Part shown: positions 12,670-24,979 of the stretch, piece after piece
Position numbering within the stretch: the first letter of the stretch is position 1
Layout: the number at the start of each line of letters is the position of its first letter
Source of the DNA: Narcine bancroftii
Taxonomy: Eukaryota
Direction of reading: 5' to 3'
DNA: 64,000 nt
Assembly: GCF_036971445.1 (NCBI RefSeq)
Contig: NC_091470.1
Span: 349,866,001-349,930,000, forward strand
Notes under the pieces: generated by a model
Seen by the model: the letters and a program-made list of their open reading frames with translations, nothing else
Database searches by the model: none
What the model was told of the DNA's origin: nothing
Program-made: the position numbers and the translations under genes

Positions 12670-13205
12670 ACACAAAAACGCTGGAGAAACTCAGCAGGTA
12701 CCACAGCGTCCATGGGAGACAAAGATATATACCTACGTTTTGGGCCTGAGCCCTTCATCAAGGTATGAGCAAAAAGCAGCCAGATACCCGAATAAAAAGT
12801 TGGGGAGAGTAGCAGAGGTCAACGGCCATGAGGTCAAGCGTGGACAGAAGGCAGGAGAGAAAAGGTGAGAATTAATCAGGTGAGGAGATAGCTCTGTGAA
12901 TGCAGAGCTGGAGGGAAGGAGACAGAGGGATAAAGGAATAGAGAGAGACAAGGGGTGGAAAGCTGGAGGAAAGGAACAGAGAGAGAGAGAGATGGGGGCG
13001 GCTAAGGGAAATTGGAGGTCAATGTTAATGCCATCTGGTTGGTGGCCAGACGGAATATGAAGTGTTGTTGCTCCATCAGTTTGCTGTTTGGCGGTGGATG
13101 AGACCATGGACAGAGATGTCAGCATGGGAATGGGATGAGGAATTGAAATGGGTCTCCCAGTCTTTGCGATGTAGAGGAGGACACAACGAGAGTACAGGAT
13201 GCAGT
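12670..13205 (-). mobile_element. Penelope-like element 3' part
   Basis: GHQPDGINIDLQF GIY-YIG tail and terminal motif. It continues the terminal sequence at 10549-10580. Confidence 0.8.
12729..12766 (-). ncRNA. Minimal type-I hammerhead-like motif (degenerate) in a Penelope-like repeat
   Basis: ATACC-TTGATGA-AGGGC TCAG GCCC-AAAAC-GTA-GGTAT gives stem I, core, stem II and a palindromic ACGT. C3 and G12 are non-canonical here. Confidence 0.55.
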
Positions 13206-13469
13206 AGATATTTTACAAACATGCTATGTCGTAGCTTTAGTTTCCATCGACCCAACTAAATGGAACAGTGGTATTTAGGGCTTGCTTGTGTGTCTACGTG
13301 ACGTGGCCTTGCTTCTAAACTCTGGGTGCTCTCTGTCTTGAGTTTGCATGTTCCTCCTTTGACTGCAATGAGTTCCCTTACCACGTGCTAATCAGAGGCC
13401 TAGTTGGCACAGCAGAGTGATAGAGGAATCAGTGTGAAGCTGATATGATAAACAAGATGGTGAAGATGA

Positions 13470-14248
13470 TTTTAAAAATGGCAGTGCCGCCACTGGTGCA
13501 GACCCAGGAAGAGCGGGGAGCAGAGACACAGCACTCCTGCAGGGTCCAACTGCCCAGTTCAACTGCAGTCAGCTCTGAACAGGTTTTGAATGGCCCGTTA
13601 AAGGAGCCAACAGTAGCTTTATTTAAAATCCCGCGACATGGGTCTGGACCAAAGATGGCGGTGCCTATGATCGGCAGCAGCCATGAGGGGTTGCAGACTT
13701 CAGAGAAGCTGAGGACTAGTGCAGGGCACCAGAAAACAGGAAGACCACTCCCCCCCCACCCCCATCTGAGAAGGAGAAGCAGAAGAGAGGACTCACTGAA
13801 TGGTGACCATGTCGATGGACCAGTGAGCTTCTCAGCGGCCAAAGAACCCACACAGGCGGTGGGCTGCTGGTGACTTGAGGCAAGGAATCCACGGAGGCTG
13901 CGGGCTGCTTGAAACTATGGTCAAGGGACTTGCACCAGGCTGGCATGCAACTGGCAGAAAGGGTATCAGGTATCGGAACTGGGACACAAGAGTGCCAAGG
14001 GTGTTGAAGAGAGGTTCAAATCTGGAGCTCGCCTTGTCAATGGTTTGGACTGGACACTGTGCTGGAGGTGAATCCATTGACACTCGGTGACTCAAGGGGG
14101 GGACTCTCTTTTGCTTCTCTTTCTCTGAATGGAAGAGGCGCATCAGGCAATTTCTGCCAATGGCGAATCTGTCTGCCTTACAACAGACAAAAGCAATTTC
14201 ATGTAATCTGACCTTGTTTTTATTACAACAATAAATTGAATCTTGAAT
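13470..14248 (+). mobile_element. Non-autonomous LINE-derived element (AAAATGGC start, ttgaatc tail)
   Basis: Homologous to 40125-40907 and 21491-22550; ends tgccttacaacagacaaaagcaatttc...aataaattgaatcttgaat. Confidence 0.7.
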
Positions 14249-14820
14249 GCATGTGAGAGAGAATAGATTACAAACAAATAAACAGGGGAATGGGAATCGA
14301 AGGGATTGTTCAGAGAACAGGCATAAACTTGAAAGATGGTAAGTCAGATAAAAAGGGAAACTTTAAGATGATCAACTTAACTTGACTTTAATTAACATAA
14401 ACTAGAACAAAGCATGGAATATTTAAGAGCTGAATGTCTGCTCCACAAACATGAGATACTCCAGCAATTCAACTTCTGTTACCATAATCTACCTTAAGTA
14501 TCTCTTATAGTTATCTACCATAATCATAAGGCCAGAAACTGTCTGCCAACATCCAAGTACCTCTCTGTACTAATGTCATGCACCAGTACTTGTTTCATAG
14601 CCAAACAGGCCTTGTTGAATTCAAACACTCAAAAATTACTTTGCAAATGTTATAAGAGTACCCATCTCTTCTACTATCTTCTCAGACAGGGCATTCCAGA
14701 TTTCAGCCTCCCTCTAAATGGAAGATAAAACCTCCATGGATCCATTCTCAACCTCTTACACCTCACTGTAAATCTCTTGATTAAACACTTTGACAATGAG
14801 GCAACGTTATGTACAATCTA

Positions 14821-15016
14821 CACTATGGCCTTAGTAGCCTGAATATGCCTGATCTTGGAAGCTAAGCAGGCTCAGGCCTGGTCAGCACTTGGAGGGGAGA
14901 CTGATTAGGAACACAAGGGTGTCTGCGAGGGGTGCTTACGGTAGACAAAAGTTAAAGAATTTCATGTCTATTTCATTCTAAATGTAGTATTACCTGACAA
15001 CAATGGAACCTTTACT
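14821..15016 (+). mobile_element. 5S rRNA-derived SINE-like element (5S pseudogene head 14821-14920 plus tail)
   Basis: ctatggcc..tagcctgaatatgcctgatcttggaagctaagcaggctcaggcctggtcagcacttggaggggagac aligns to 5S with a 10-nt deletion. The tail is shared with 62768-62894. Confidence 0.85.
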
Positions 15017-15499
15017 ATCTCTCCATCATAATTTTTTATATCTCAGCCAGTTCCCTTCAGCTTCTCTGCTCCAAGGAAAACAACCCAAGCCTGTCAATCT
15101 CTCCTCATATTTATATATTACATTCCCAAGCCTATATACCATATATTTTATCTACATTTAAAATTATAATTTAACTTTTAACTATGCATCTCCCCTGCAA
15201 AATAAACTCAAGTGATTGTTTCATAGAACACTCCTGGTAACACCATTATGGGCAAACTAGCAACGATTGCAAAAACCTGAGAGTTCATCGTCTTTGAAAT
15301 AAAAAGTATACAATTCAAGCATTCTCTCTTTCATGTCCTGTTGTGTTACGTCAACAGCACACTCAGGAGCTTTTGCACCTGACTTAATTGATATTCATAA
15401 AGAGAAAGTGAGATCATTCATTCCCTCAGCTTTTTCACACCAGATCACCATGGCCAGTATCAAAATTATTCAAGATCCATGAGGTTGCAAACATATAAT

Positions 15500-16169
15500 T
15501 GGCTGCTTCAAAGTGTTACAGCCAGCAGAAGCAGCTGGGACTGGACAGGACAAGCTGTCAATCTTATGGAAAGCCCCATTTTGGAAGACGGCCTGATGAA
15601 AAGCCTTGTGGTTCATGCAAGAGGAGAGGACTGACTGTCTAATGTTTCACTTGGAATAAGAGAAACAAAAAGGAACTGTATAATGACTTGAAAAAGAGGT
15701 TATCATCTGGAGAACCCTGAAGGGGCAGGTTTCGTCAGCGGGACGCTGGAGTGGCTGATGGAAGTACATCAGTTGTGGACGTCCTGGAACAACAAATCTC
15801 TCTCTGAAAATCAACAAGGACCTTCCTGAGTGGTAACCATTTACCTTTCAAGCCCCAAATCCTGCTGAACTTTATAAATGTTAAATTCTGTGCAAAGTAT
15901 AAGAATTGCCTGCAGCCAGTGCACTTGGAAGAATGAGAATTGAGATTCGACTGTGAACCAAAGAACATTTCTGAACTTACACACACATTACATACACGTG
16001 CGCTTAGAATTAGAAGGAGGTTAAGTAAGGTTAAATAAGTCAATAGAGATAAGTTAAAGTTTGATTGTATTTTCATGTTTAAAGATAATTAAAAGCAACT
16101 TATGTTTAACCATTTGTCTTGGTGAATATCTACTGCTGCTGGGTTTTGGGGTCCTCTGGGCTCGTAACA
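15500..16169 (+). mobile_element. Gypsy-type LTR (5' boundary uncertain)
   Basis: Ends ctgctgggttttggggtcctctgggctcgtaaCA; homologous to 1-585 and 39415-39752. Confidence 0.75.
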
Positions 16170-16779
16170 ATACATCCTTAAGTAATCCCTTACTAATCAC
16201 CGAGCACCTATCACATTGGGATTACTTAAATTGGTATGCGAGTGGAAAGATAAAGTTTGAAAGGATGGGTGATAACCAGTATATCAAAATGTCAAGATGC
16301 TGGGAAGGAGCTAAGTGGTGATAAGGTATTGGACAGGAGATAGGAGGGCTGGAGGCAAAGAAAGAGATCAAGGCAGGGAAGGGTTTGAGAGGAAAGAGTA
16401 GGTAAAGAAGAGATGGAAACAGTAGAACCAGATAAACGTGGGAGTGACCTAAAAGCAGACAAATTGTTGTTCATGCCATTGGGTTTTATTGCTGCCCATG
16501 ATGAATATCTTTAGACCTACAGCACGGTAACAGGCCCTTCCGGCCCATGAACTCGTGCTGCTCAATTACACCCAATTGATCTACGTTTTGAAAGATGGGA
16601 GGAAATCGGAGCACCTGGAGGAAACCCACCCAGAAAAAGGGAGAACAAATCTGTCTGCCTTACAGCAGACAAAAGCAATTTTGTGCAATATGACACTGCT
16701 TTTAATACATGACAATAAATTGAATCTTTGAACTCCTTACAGACAAAGCTGAAACAACATTGTGCTAACCGCTAATATG

Positions 16780-17420
16780 ACTTGTTCCTCAAGTTTACAT
16801 TTGGCCTCATCTTGGCAATGAATGAGACCAAAGACAAGCATGCCTGTGTGGAAATACTGCAGGGGATTGAAATAATTGGTCACTGGGAGTTCAAGATTAC
16901 TCACAAGCAGAGCTCATGTGTCTGATGAAAACATCACCCAATCCGTATTTGACCTCACTGATGTGGAGGAGGGCATACTGGGCACACCAAATGCTGTGGA
17001 GTAGGTTGGATGATGTCCAGGTAAAATCAGGCCTCATCTGGAAGGTTTGTTTATGGTTGTGGATGGAGCTGAAGAAGGAGATGCAGGGAAAAGATTTTTA
17101 ATTGCAGCAGGAAGTGCCTAAGCAGGTGGAAAGGGTATAGGGGGTGGGAGGGGTGAGAGGAAGTGGACGAATAAGTCCACTGGACGAATCGCTGCAAAAA
17201 AATAATTTGGGGTTGGAAGGAAGATGTGGCTGACAGGTGTCTTGGCGGAGGCAGAGGAATTGAGAGAAAGAAATTGTGACCTTACAAAAGGCAGGGTAGG
17301 AAGACAGCTGTGGGAGCGGCTTTGTAATAAATGTCCCAGGATAATTTGTCTCCTGAGATAGGTAGATTCAGAAAGGGGAGAGAGGTGTCAGAAACAGTTC
17401 AGTTTAATTTAAAGGCATCC
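16780..17420 (-). mobile_element. Decayed Penelope-like RT/GIY-YIG fragment
   Basis: Similar to 2.3-2.6 kb: ttgttcctcaagtttac, gcaggggattgaaataattggtcactggga. Confidence 0.6.
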
Positions 17421-17829
17421 AGGTTTTTTTTTCCATCCTGATATACTACTAGTTGGGTCTCGATAAAGATTCCCCACCTGAAACATTGTCTGACCATTTC
17501 CACCCATTGATGCTGGCTAATCTGCTGAGCTCCTCCAACATCACATTGTTTCCATTTGAATTCACAGATTCATGGATGAATATGTATATTTTTGTTTGGA
17601 AAAGTTCTTCGCTATTTGCCAGGCAGAACTTAGATATCTAGATAGTTTACTTTTCACTCCTTCAGGTCGCTTTTGTCACGTAGGAAATATGACAGCCAAT
17701 TTGCACGCAGCAAGGTTCCACAAATGACAATATAATCATCTTCACACAATCCATTTTGTGTTAGTATTCCTCATTCTGCAGGTGTGGATGTTGTTGGCAA
17801 GCATTCTATTACTTTCCGTCGAGATTTTT

Positions 17830-18072
17830 AAAAAAATGTTTACATCACAGTGTAGGCCAATTCCAGTCACTGAGACCCATGCTACCCAATTACACCCTAT
17901 TAACCTACAACCCCGTATGCTATGAAGGGTGGTGGGAAACTGGAGCTCTGGGGCAAACCCGTGCAGGTCATGGGGAGAACGTGCAAATGCCTTACAGATA
18001 GCTGCAGATTCCAACCCAAGCCGCTGGTGCTGCAAGAGCATCAGACTAACCCCAACACTAACCATGCCTCCC
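17830..18072 (-). mobile_element. V-domain tRNA SINE
   Basis: ggcatggttagtgttgggg head and tgtaaggcatttgcacgttctcccc core. Confidence 0.8.
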
Positions 18073-18756
18073 AGATGATTATGATCATCAGTTTTAATCC
18101 ATTTCAGAGGGTAGTTAAATGTCAAAATATTTTATTCTGATTCCCTCTCATTTATGCACAGTTTATGTTTGAGCATGTTCGTGCAAGATAGACAAGAAAG
18201 CAAGAACACATGCCGCTTGAATGGACAGATTTTTAACCCTCCACTGAGTTGTCTTTGGAAGAAATTACAGGCATGTTGAGCTTAGTTAGAGAATAATTTT
18301 CGCATCTCATTTTTGTTTTCCTTCGAGTGAGAAACAGGAATTGTTCACAGAACAGATTTGGACTCATTGATATTTGGAACATGCTGTCAGAAGACCAATT
18401 CCGCGTTTACGAGACATGTAGACAGACATAAATAGTAAGGCAAAGAAAGATATAGTGATAATGCAGGCAAATGGAAGTGCAAAAGGGTCAGCATCATTGT
18501 AATGGGCGGAAGGGCTCAATGGCAGGCTGTGCAACTGTGTGACTGACTCACCAGGATAATTGCCTGGAGCCACATTCCATCAACCAAAATCCCTCTATTT
18601 TCACATTGATTGATTTTTCTGATTTGTTTCACCTTTTCTCTTTACCATAAAATATAAGGCCATGAGCACCATGTGAAAAAAAACAAGAATTGTTTTTAAA
18701 TTAAAAACAAAGTTTAACAGTAGAAGTAACATTTGAACAAGCCACAGCACGTACAA

Positions 18757-19125
18757 CATTAGAGTACAGTACAGGCCCTTCAGCCCACAATGTTGTGCTC
18801 ACCTACATGTACCAAAAATAAACAAAAAAAACCTTCTCTACCTCATAAACCCTCTAATTTTCTTTCATCCATGTCCCTGCCTAAAAGTCTCTTAATTGCC
18901 CCTATTGTTCCAGGCTCCAACACCACTCCTGGCGATGCATTCCAGCTCTCTGTGTAAATAAAATCACCCCTGACGTCTCTCAAAAACTTTTCTCCCTTCA
19001 CTTTGTACAGATGTGCTCTGGTGTTTGCTGCTCCCACCCTGGGGGAAAAAAGGTCTTGACTGTCTACCTTATCTATCCCCCTCATAATCTTGTACAACTC
19101 TATTAAGTCACCTCTCATCTTTCTT
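18757..19125 (-). mobile_element. CR1 3' end
   Basis: MRGDLIELYKIMRGIDKVDSQDLF...TRAH.YKV. Confidence 0.9.
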
Positions 19126-20725
19126 CACGCGATTGTTGGGAGAGTTTCAAATTTCTCGTTGACGTAACTGGCTGCTGTAGATAAGGAAAGAGAATATTCC
19201 TAGCTTCCGTTCAAATTTTGTGGTGGATTGATGGGTTTGTGAGAATTTTAATCACTTTCTTTTTTCATTATCACACTTTCAAAAATGTTATCACTTTTAC
19301 TGCCCATGACAAAAACGGATCCTTGCGGCTAATAGATTTTAAAAGTGGCTTATCCAGTTAGTTTTCTTCCTCACCCTTGCTTATCAATCAAGCTCACGTG
19401 TACTTGTGTTACATCTTTACAGCGACTAATTTGAGCTGAATCCCTTGCTTGTCCAAAGTATTCTCACAGTGTGACAGTGAACTGATTAAGGGGACGTTCA
19501 TATTGGGCATTATGGTCTGAAACTCCATTCCATCATCCAAACAAAATCACTTCATTCTTACTTTTTTTTTCTAATTTAAGATTTGCTTCTAATTTCATAA
19601 TCAGAATTTATTGTCGTGAACAAGTCATAAAATTCAGTGTTTTGTGGCAGCGTCACAGTGTAAACATTCATATTATTACCATCTTACAACATCAAAAACA
19701 TAAAAATGGTAGTGCACAAAAAAAATAAGGCAGTGTCTTTAGCCGCTTTCAGGTGGAATCGCCTGGAGAATGTGGCTCCGGAGCAGGCTGTGGGTGTCTG
19801 CGAAGGGGCGTTCAGGAGGCAGCGCTGAAGGAGGTGTTCTCCCAGCTGAAAGGTCCGCAGCAGGGAGAGATGCCACGGAGCAAACGCCGGCTCCCGAGTC
19901 CAGGAGGCAGCCGTCTGACAGTTTTAAGCATCTGAACATTGTGTTAATTTTTACTTGATGTTGTGGTTTGAAAGAAAGCTTTTACATTCCCATTTTTTAA
20001 TTTATTGATAAGACCGAAAATATGCTAGCCTTTAAACTTTCTTAATACAAGGAATGAAAATATCTGGAATGAAATGCCAGAAACTTTAGTGGAGGTAAAC
20101 CCAACAGCAACATTCATAGAGAATAAGGGGAAATATTTATACAATTCTGCAAAACGACGAGGAGTGGGTTTAATTGGACGGTTCATTCAATGACCCAATT
20201 CCAGCATTAGGGGAAGTATGCCCCTCAGAACTCTCTTATGTTTTGTGTTTGGTGGAAAATCAACCAGATATTCAACCAGATTTTTAAAAATATTATTTTT
20301 GTAAGCTGGTTTATATGACTGTTTGAACTGTGATACTGCCACACAACTAAATTTTGATTCTAATTCTGAAGAACATACCTTGAATTCTTTCCCCGTAAAG
20401 AGGAATGTGCTTTCAGAGCTTTAAAGTTGCAGGGAGAGGTCATTCCATGGACAAGTGATGATTATTTCTCGCCGATCTCGTCTTTGTATCTGTACTTTCT
20501 TCCTTCTGAAATATTTTCTTTCAATTTCTCATAATTGACACACAGTTAAAAAAAACACGATTAGAGAGCTAGTAACGTACAGTAATCTGACTTTAATTTC
20601 ACTCATGAGAAGAAGTCGAACAACTCACTTGTGAAATCGAAGGAGCTTACTGTGAGCTGTGCCTGATCCATTGTGAATTGTGAGATGAGATGGGATTGTG
20701 CCCTAGGTTACAAATCTTCTCTTAC

Positions 20726-20825
20726 TGCGCTCTTATTTTTGTAATAACTGATGTGCTTCCACCAAGGCAACTAACAAATGGTCTTCTGATATCATTTGTA
20801 TTATAATTTGTCTTGAGTGTGACAA
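20726..20825 (-). other. Weak candidate internal exon (100 nt, phase 1 to 2)
   Basis: Polypyrimidine tract then TTTCTAG acceptor, CA|GTAAG donor, open frame VVTLKTNYNTNDIRRPFVSCLGGSTSVITKIRA. No family recognised. Confidence 0.2.
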
Positions 20826-21490
20826 CTAGAAATATGGTGGGGAATGGAGAATGAATTTTAATACACAACAACAGACAGCTTGGAGATACATATGAACAGT
20901 GCAAGAGGGTGAGTGTGTTGATGTCCTGTATGCCCATCCATCCTTCTGGGCCTTGCAAGGAATATTCCTTGTTGTAGTTGCGGCAATTGACATACTTCCA
21001 TCAGCACAAGCCCAATACTTAATGTTGTCATTTTTAAGGAAATTGGAGAATTTTATCAATTCAACAACCTCAGCCTTTCTCAATAAGTTGGTAATGAGGA
21101 ACTACTCACACTAACTGTCCAACACGTTCATATTCACAAAACAATATCTATTTACTTATTGAATACTTCTCCTGCATGTCTGTAATGTCTGATTGAGTGT
21201 CTGCGTATTTTGTACCAAAGACTAGAGAGCACTGTTTTGTCGGGTTATACTTGTGCAGTTAGATGATAATAAACTTGACTTGGCGAAATGAGTGGGTTTT
21301 AGATCATCTTCATGTGGGACAATAGACCGGCTTTGTCAGCTCAACAGAGACAGCACAGAGGGTTTTTTCTTCACAAACTATGGCAACAAGCAGACAGCAC
21401 TGGAACGGAGTGAGGGCTGTTTTCAGTGCTTTTTTTTTAAGTTCTGCTCTCCACACTATAGGAATGGTGTGACAGCACTGGAGAGGGTGC

Positions 21491-22550
21491 CAAATGGCAG
21501 CGTTGCTGGAGACGGTGTATCGGCAGTGTTGCCGCTGGTGTGAGACGGGAGAGCAGGAAACTGAGACACAGTGCTCTTCTGCAGGGTCATGATGTCGACA
21601 GCCCCAACCTGGTTTTAACAGCCTGTAAAAGGGGTTGTTGATTCTTTAATGTCTTTGAAACCACGGAGGTCCTTGCTCAAACCGGGGGGCTCAGCAGGCT
21701 GATGGTCCCACAGGCTGCTGGACAACTGAAGGACTCAAACTGAGGGACTCAAAACAGGCCGCTGGCTGCTGGAGCTGGCTCATGGAAAGCAGGATTCAAG
21801 AGTCTGCATGTCATGCAAAACCCTCTCCACCATCGAGAACATCTACAGGGAACACTGCCGTCGGAGAGCAATCATCAAGGATCCACATCACCCAGCACGC
21901 CCTCTATTCTTGCTGCTACCAACAAAGAGGTCTAGGTGTCGCAAGACTCACACCACCAGGCTCAGGAACAGCTGCTGCCCCTCCACTATCAGACTCCTCA
22001 ATGACAAACTCAATCAGGGACTCATTTAAGGACTCTTACGTTTGCACTTTATTGATTTGTTTTTTCTCCCTGTATTGCACAGTCAGTTTGCTTTCATTTC
22101 ATTATCTATTTAGATGTGTGCAATGTGTACTGCTTTTTTTTTGCACTACCAATAAGTGGTCATTCTGTCTTGCCTGCAGGAGAAAGAATCTCAGGGTTGT
22201 ATGTGATGTCGTGTATGTGCTCTGACAATAAACCTGAATCTGAATCCGAAGAAGGGCCCCAGAAGGGGCCTCAAGTGATGAAAGCTTCCTGATTAGATCG
22301 GAAGTTCAGCTCTGGTAAGCTCAGGTTTGCCACAGGAGCTGCAGAGGCTGCGGGAGGACTGAAGGCAAATCCACGGGCACCTAGTATCTCTGAACAGGAC
22401 TCTTTTTTTTTAATCTCTTTCTGTTATTGTTAGGAGCCCGGGGCAATGCCTGCGGAAACTCTTTGGGTATCTTTGCAGCAGACAAAGATTGATGGAGATT
22501 TTGTGTAACCTTACATTTAGTACATGACAAGAATGGAATCTTGAATTTTG
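21491..22550 (+). mobile_element. Non-autonomous LINE-derived element interrupted by a Rex1/Babar 3' fragment
   Basis: Same head and tail as 13470-14248. Confidence 0.65.
21810..22246 (+). mobile_element. Rex1/Babar LINE 3' fragment
   Basis: IENIYREHCRRRA.IIKDPHHP..LF.LLP...TTRLRNSC.P..IRLLN, with tail ctctgacaataaacctgaatctgaatc. Confidence 0.85.
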
Positions 22551-22919
22551 ATCTCGACAAGACTCACCATGATGTTGTCTGGATGGAGGGTTGAATTAAT
22601 GAGGTATGAGGAGAGACTGGAGAGCCTATATCTGATTTCCCTGCAGTGGAAGACATTAATAGGGGCATGATTAAGGTGTATAAAGTTGTGATAGACTGAA
22701 AAAAATATTTTCTCTTCATCAGAACTGAATAATATAAATAAAGCACATAGATTTAGGTTTAAGGATAAGAGATTGTGAGGGAACACCCTGCTAAAAAGGC
22801 ATTATTCTGGCTAACTCTACCACCACTGGTTTCCGCTCCCCTTTAATCATTTACATTTTCACCAATGGTGGTGAATTAGTTCCCTTGACACACTCATGAA
22901 TAATATGTGGAAGTGATTC

Positions 22920-23848
22920 CATTGAACAATACAGCACAGAAAACAGACCATCCAGCCCTTCCACTCCATGCTGAAATGCCATTCCGCTAGTCCCATCGAC
23001 CTGCACCCAGTCCATCCATGTATCTCTCCCATCCATGTATCTATCCAATTTATTCTTTAAACTTGAGTGAGCCCGCATTTACCACATCAGATGGCAGCTC
23101 ATTCCACGTCCCCACCACTCTCTGAGTAACAAGGTTCTGCCTAATGTTTCCCTTAAAGCTTTCCCCTTTTACCCTAAAGCCATGTCCTCTAATATTTATC
23201 TCTCCTAATCTAAGTAGAAGAGCCTACTCACATTTACTCTGTCTATACCCCTCTGTAAACCCTCTGTCAAATCTCCCCTCATTCTTCTATGCTCCAAGGA
23301 ATAAAGTCAGAATCTGTTTAATGTTTCCCTGTAACTCAACCTGTCAACATCCTAGAAAATCTTCTCTGCACTCTTTCAATCTTACTGACATCCTTCCTGT
23401 AGTTAGGTGACGAAAACTGCACACAATCCTCCAAATTTGGCCTCACCAATGTCTTCTACAACCTCACCATAAAATCCCAATTCCTGTTCTCAATACAGAT
23501 ACTTAATTCCCTTAAAATGGCATCACAGGTAGACAGGGTAGTAAAGAGAGCTTCTGATTTATGAAGGCCAAGTTGCCAAAAGCTCTCTTTACTACCCTGT
23601 CTACCTGTGACACCACTTTCAGGGAATTACGTATCTGTATTCCCAGATCCTTCTGTTCTACCACACTCCTCTACCATTTACTGTGTATGTCCTACCTTCA
23701 TTTCTCCTTTCAAAATGCAACACCTCACTTCTCTGCATTAAATTCCTTCTGACATATTCTGGCCAATGTTTCCAGATGGTCCAGATCCCTCTGCAAGTTT
23801 TGAAACCCTTCCTCACTGTCCACAACACCTCCAAACTTAGTGCCAATA
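22920..23848 (-). mobile_element. CR1 3' portion
   Basis: NAEK.EVLHF..., caggtagacagggtagtaaag, and a CR1 3' tail. Confidence 0.9.
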
Positions 23849-24979
23849 TATGAATTTTATTTCACACTTTAGGGGAGGTTAAGCTTCAGAGAACTATTTC
23901 TCAAAACATCTTCTTGATATGCATACCCATGAGGAGTGACTATTTTTAAACATATGCTTTCTCTGGCTGTTGTCACTCCTTTCACTTCCAGATCTCTGTC
24001 ATGGCTTTTGAGAAACTATTGGCATTTGAATTTCAGTCCTGGAGCCTCAGGTTCCTGTCAAAAGAGTGCTTTTCCTGAGCAGGGTGTCCCCACATCTGTC
24101 TCTCCTTTAACTATCGTACATCTTCTGAGACAGCGGCGTATGTTTCTTAATCCTGTTTAAACTATAGATGCGTTAGCATCCAAAGTAATCATGGCTCAGA
24201 TTGAAATCCTTGATAGTTAATGGTAGCAATTTCCTTCACCACCAACCTTCTGGTGACTGGAGTTGTACTTTGTTATTGTAGGGAATCTGATGGCACATAC
24301 TGTATGTCAGCACAGATTTATTTTAGCTGAATTTTCAGTCCATTGAGTATAGCTTGGAGATGATTTTGTCCCATAATGCATATTCAATTTTCAGGTGCGA
24401 ATCATCAGGTGAAAGACAAACTATCTTTTAAGTGAACCCAATTATGTATATGGTAGACCTCTGAGGAATCGACCCAAGCCATCTCCAGTGACATCTGCTG
24501 CATCTAACATGACAAAAAGCAAAAGAAGGGGCTATGAATTGATCATGGCAAAGTAACAATCTTGACAGTCACCATACTTAATTTTTTCAGAGTTTGGTCA
24601 CTGATGAAGCTAAACGCTCTCTACTGAAGGAAGTCAGTGGGTCAAGCCGTATCAGTGGGAGATGTTAGCATCTGCAGTCTCCTGTGTATCTATTGATGAA
24701 GTAAAGTCAGCCAATGTGCATCCAGGATATTTGTAATTCCATCATCTCACCATCTGTGAGTTTGCTGGCTTTTCATCTCCAACTTAGAGGGACAAACTAT
24801 ATCTTTAAGGCTGACTCCTCAACATCTGTTGTATGGATCATTTGCCATCCCAATTTTCTTCCTCTCCCTGACATTTCCATTTTAAAGACAAAAACAGACG
24901 TGCAAGTGAATGAAGGCATTCATCTTACTTTGCAGATATGATGTAGAATTGTGGATGGGACAAACTGAGAGGGGTCCCT

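Noticed and set aside
14821-14920. Functional 5S rRNA gene
   Set aside because: 10-nt deletion, multiple substitutions, no oligo-T terminator, not in an array, and fused to a repeat tail.
24430-24555. Possible exon (plus-strand EPNYVYGRP...MAK* or minus-strand acceptor at 24503)
   Set aside because: Short, with no convincing donor or partner exon and no recognisable peptide.
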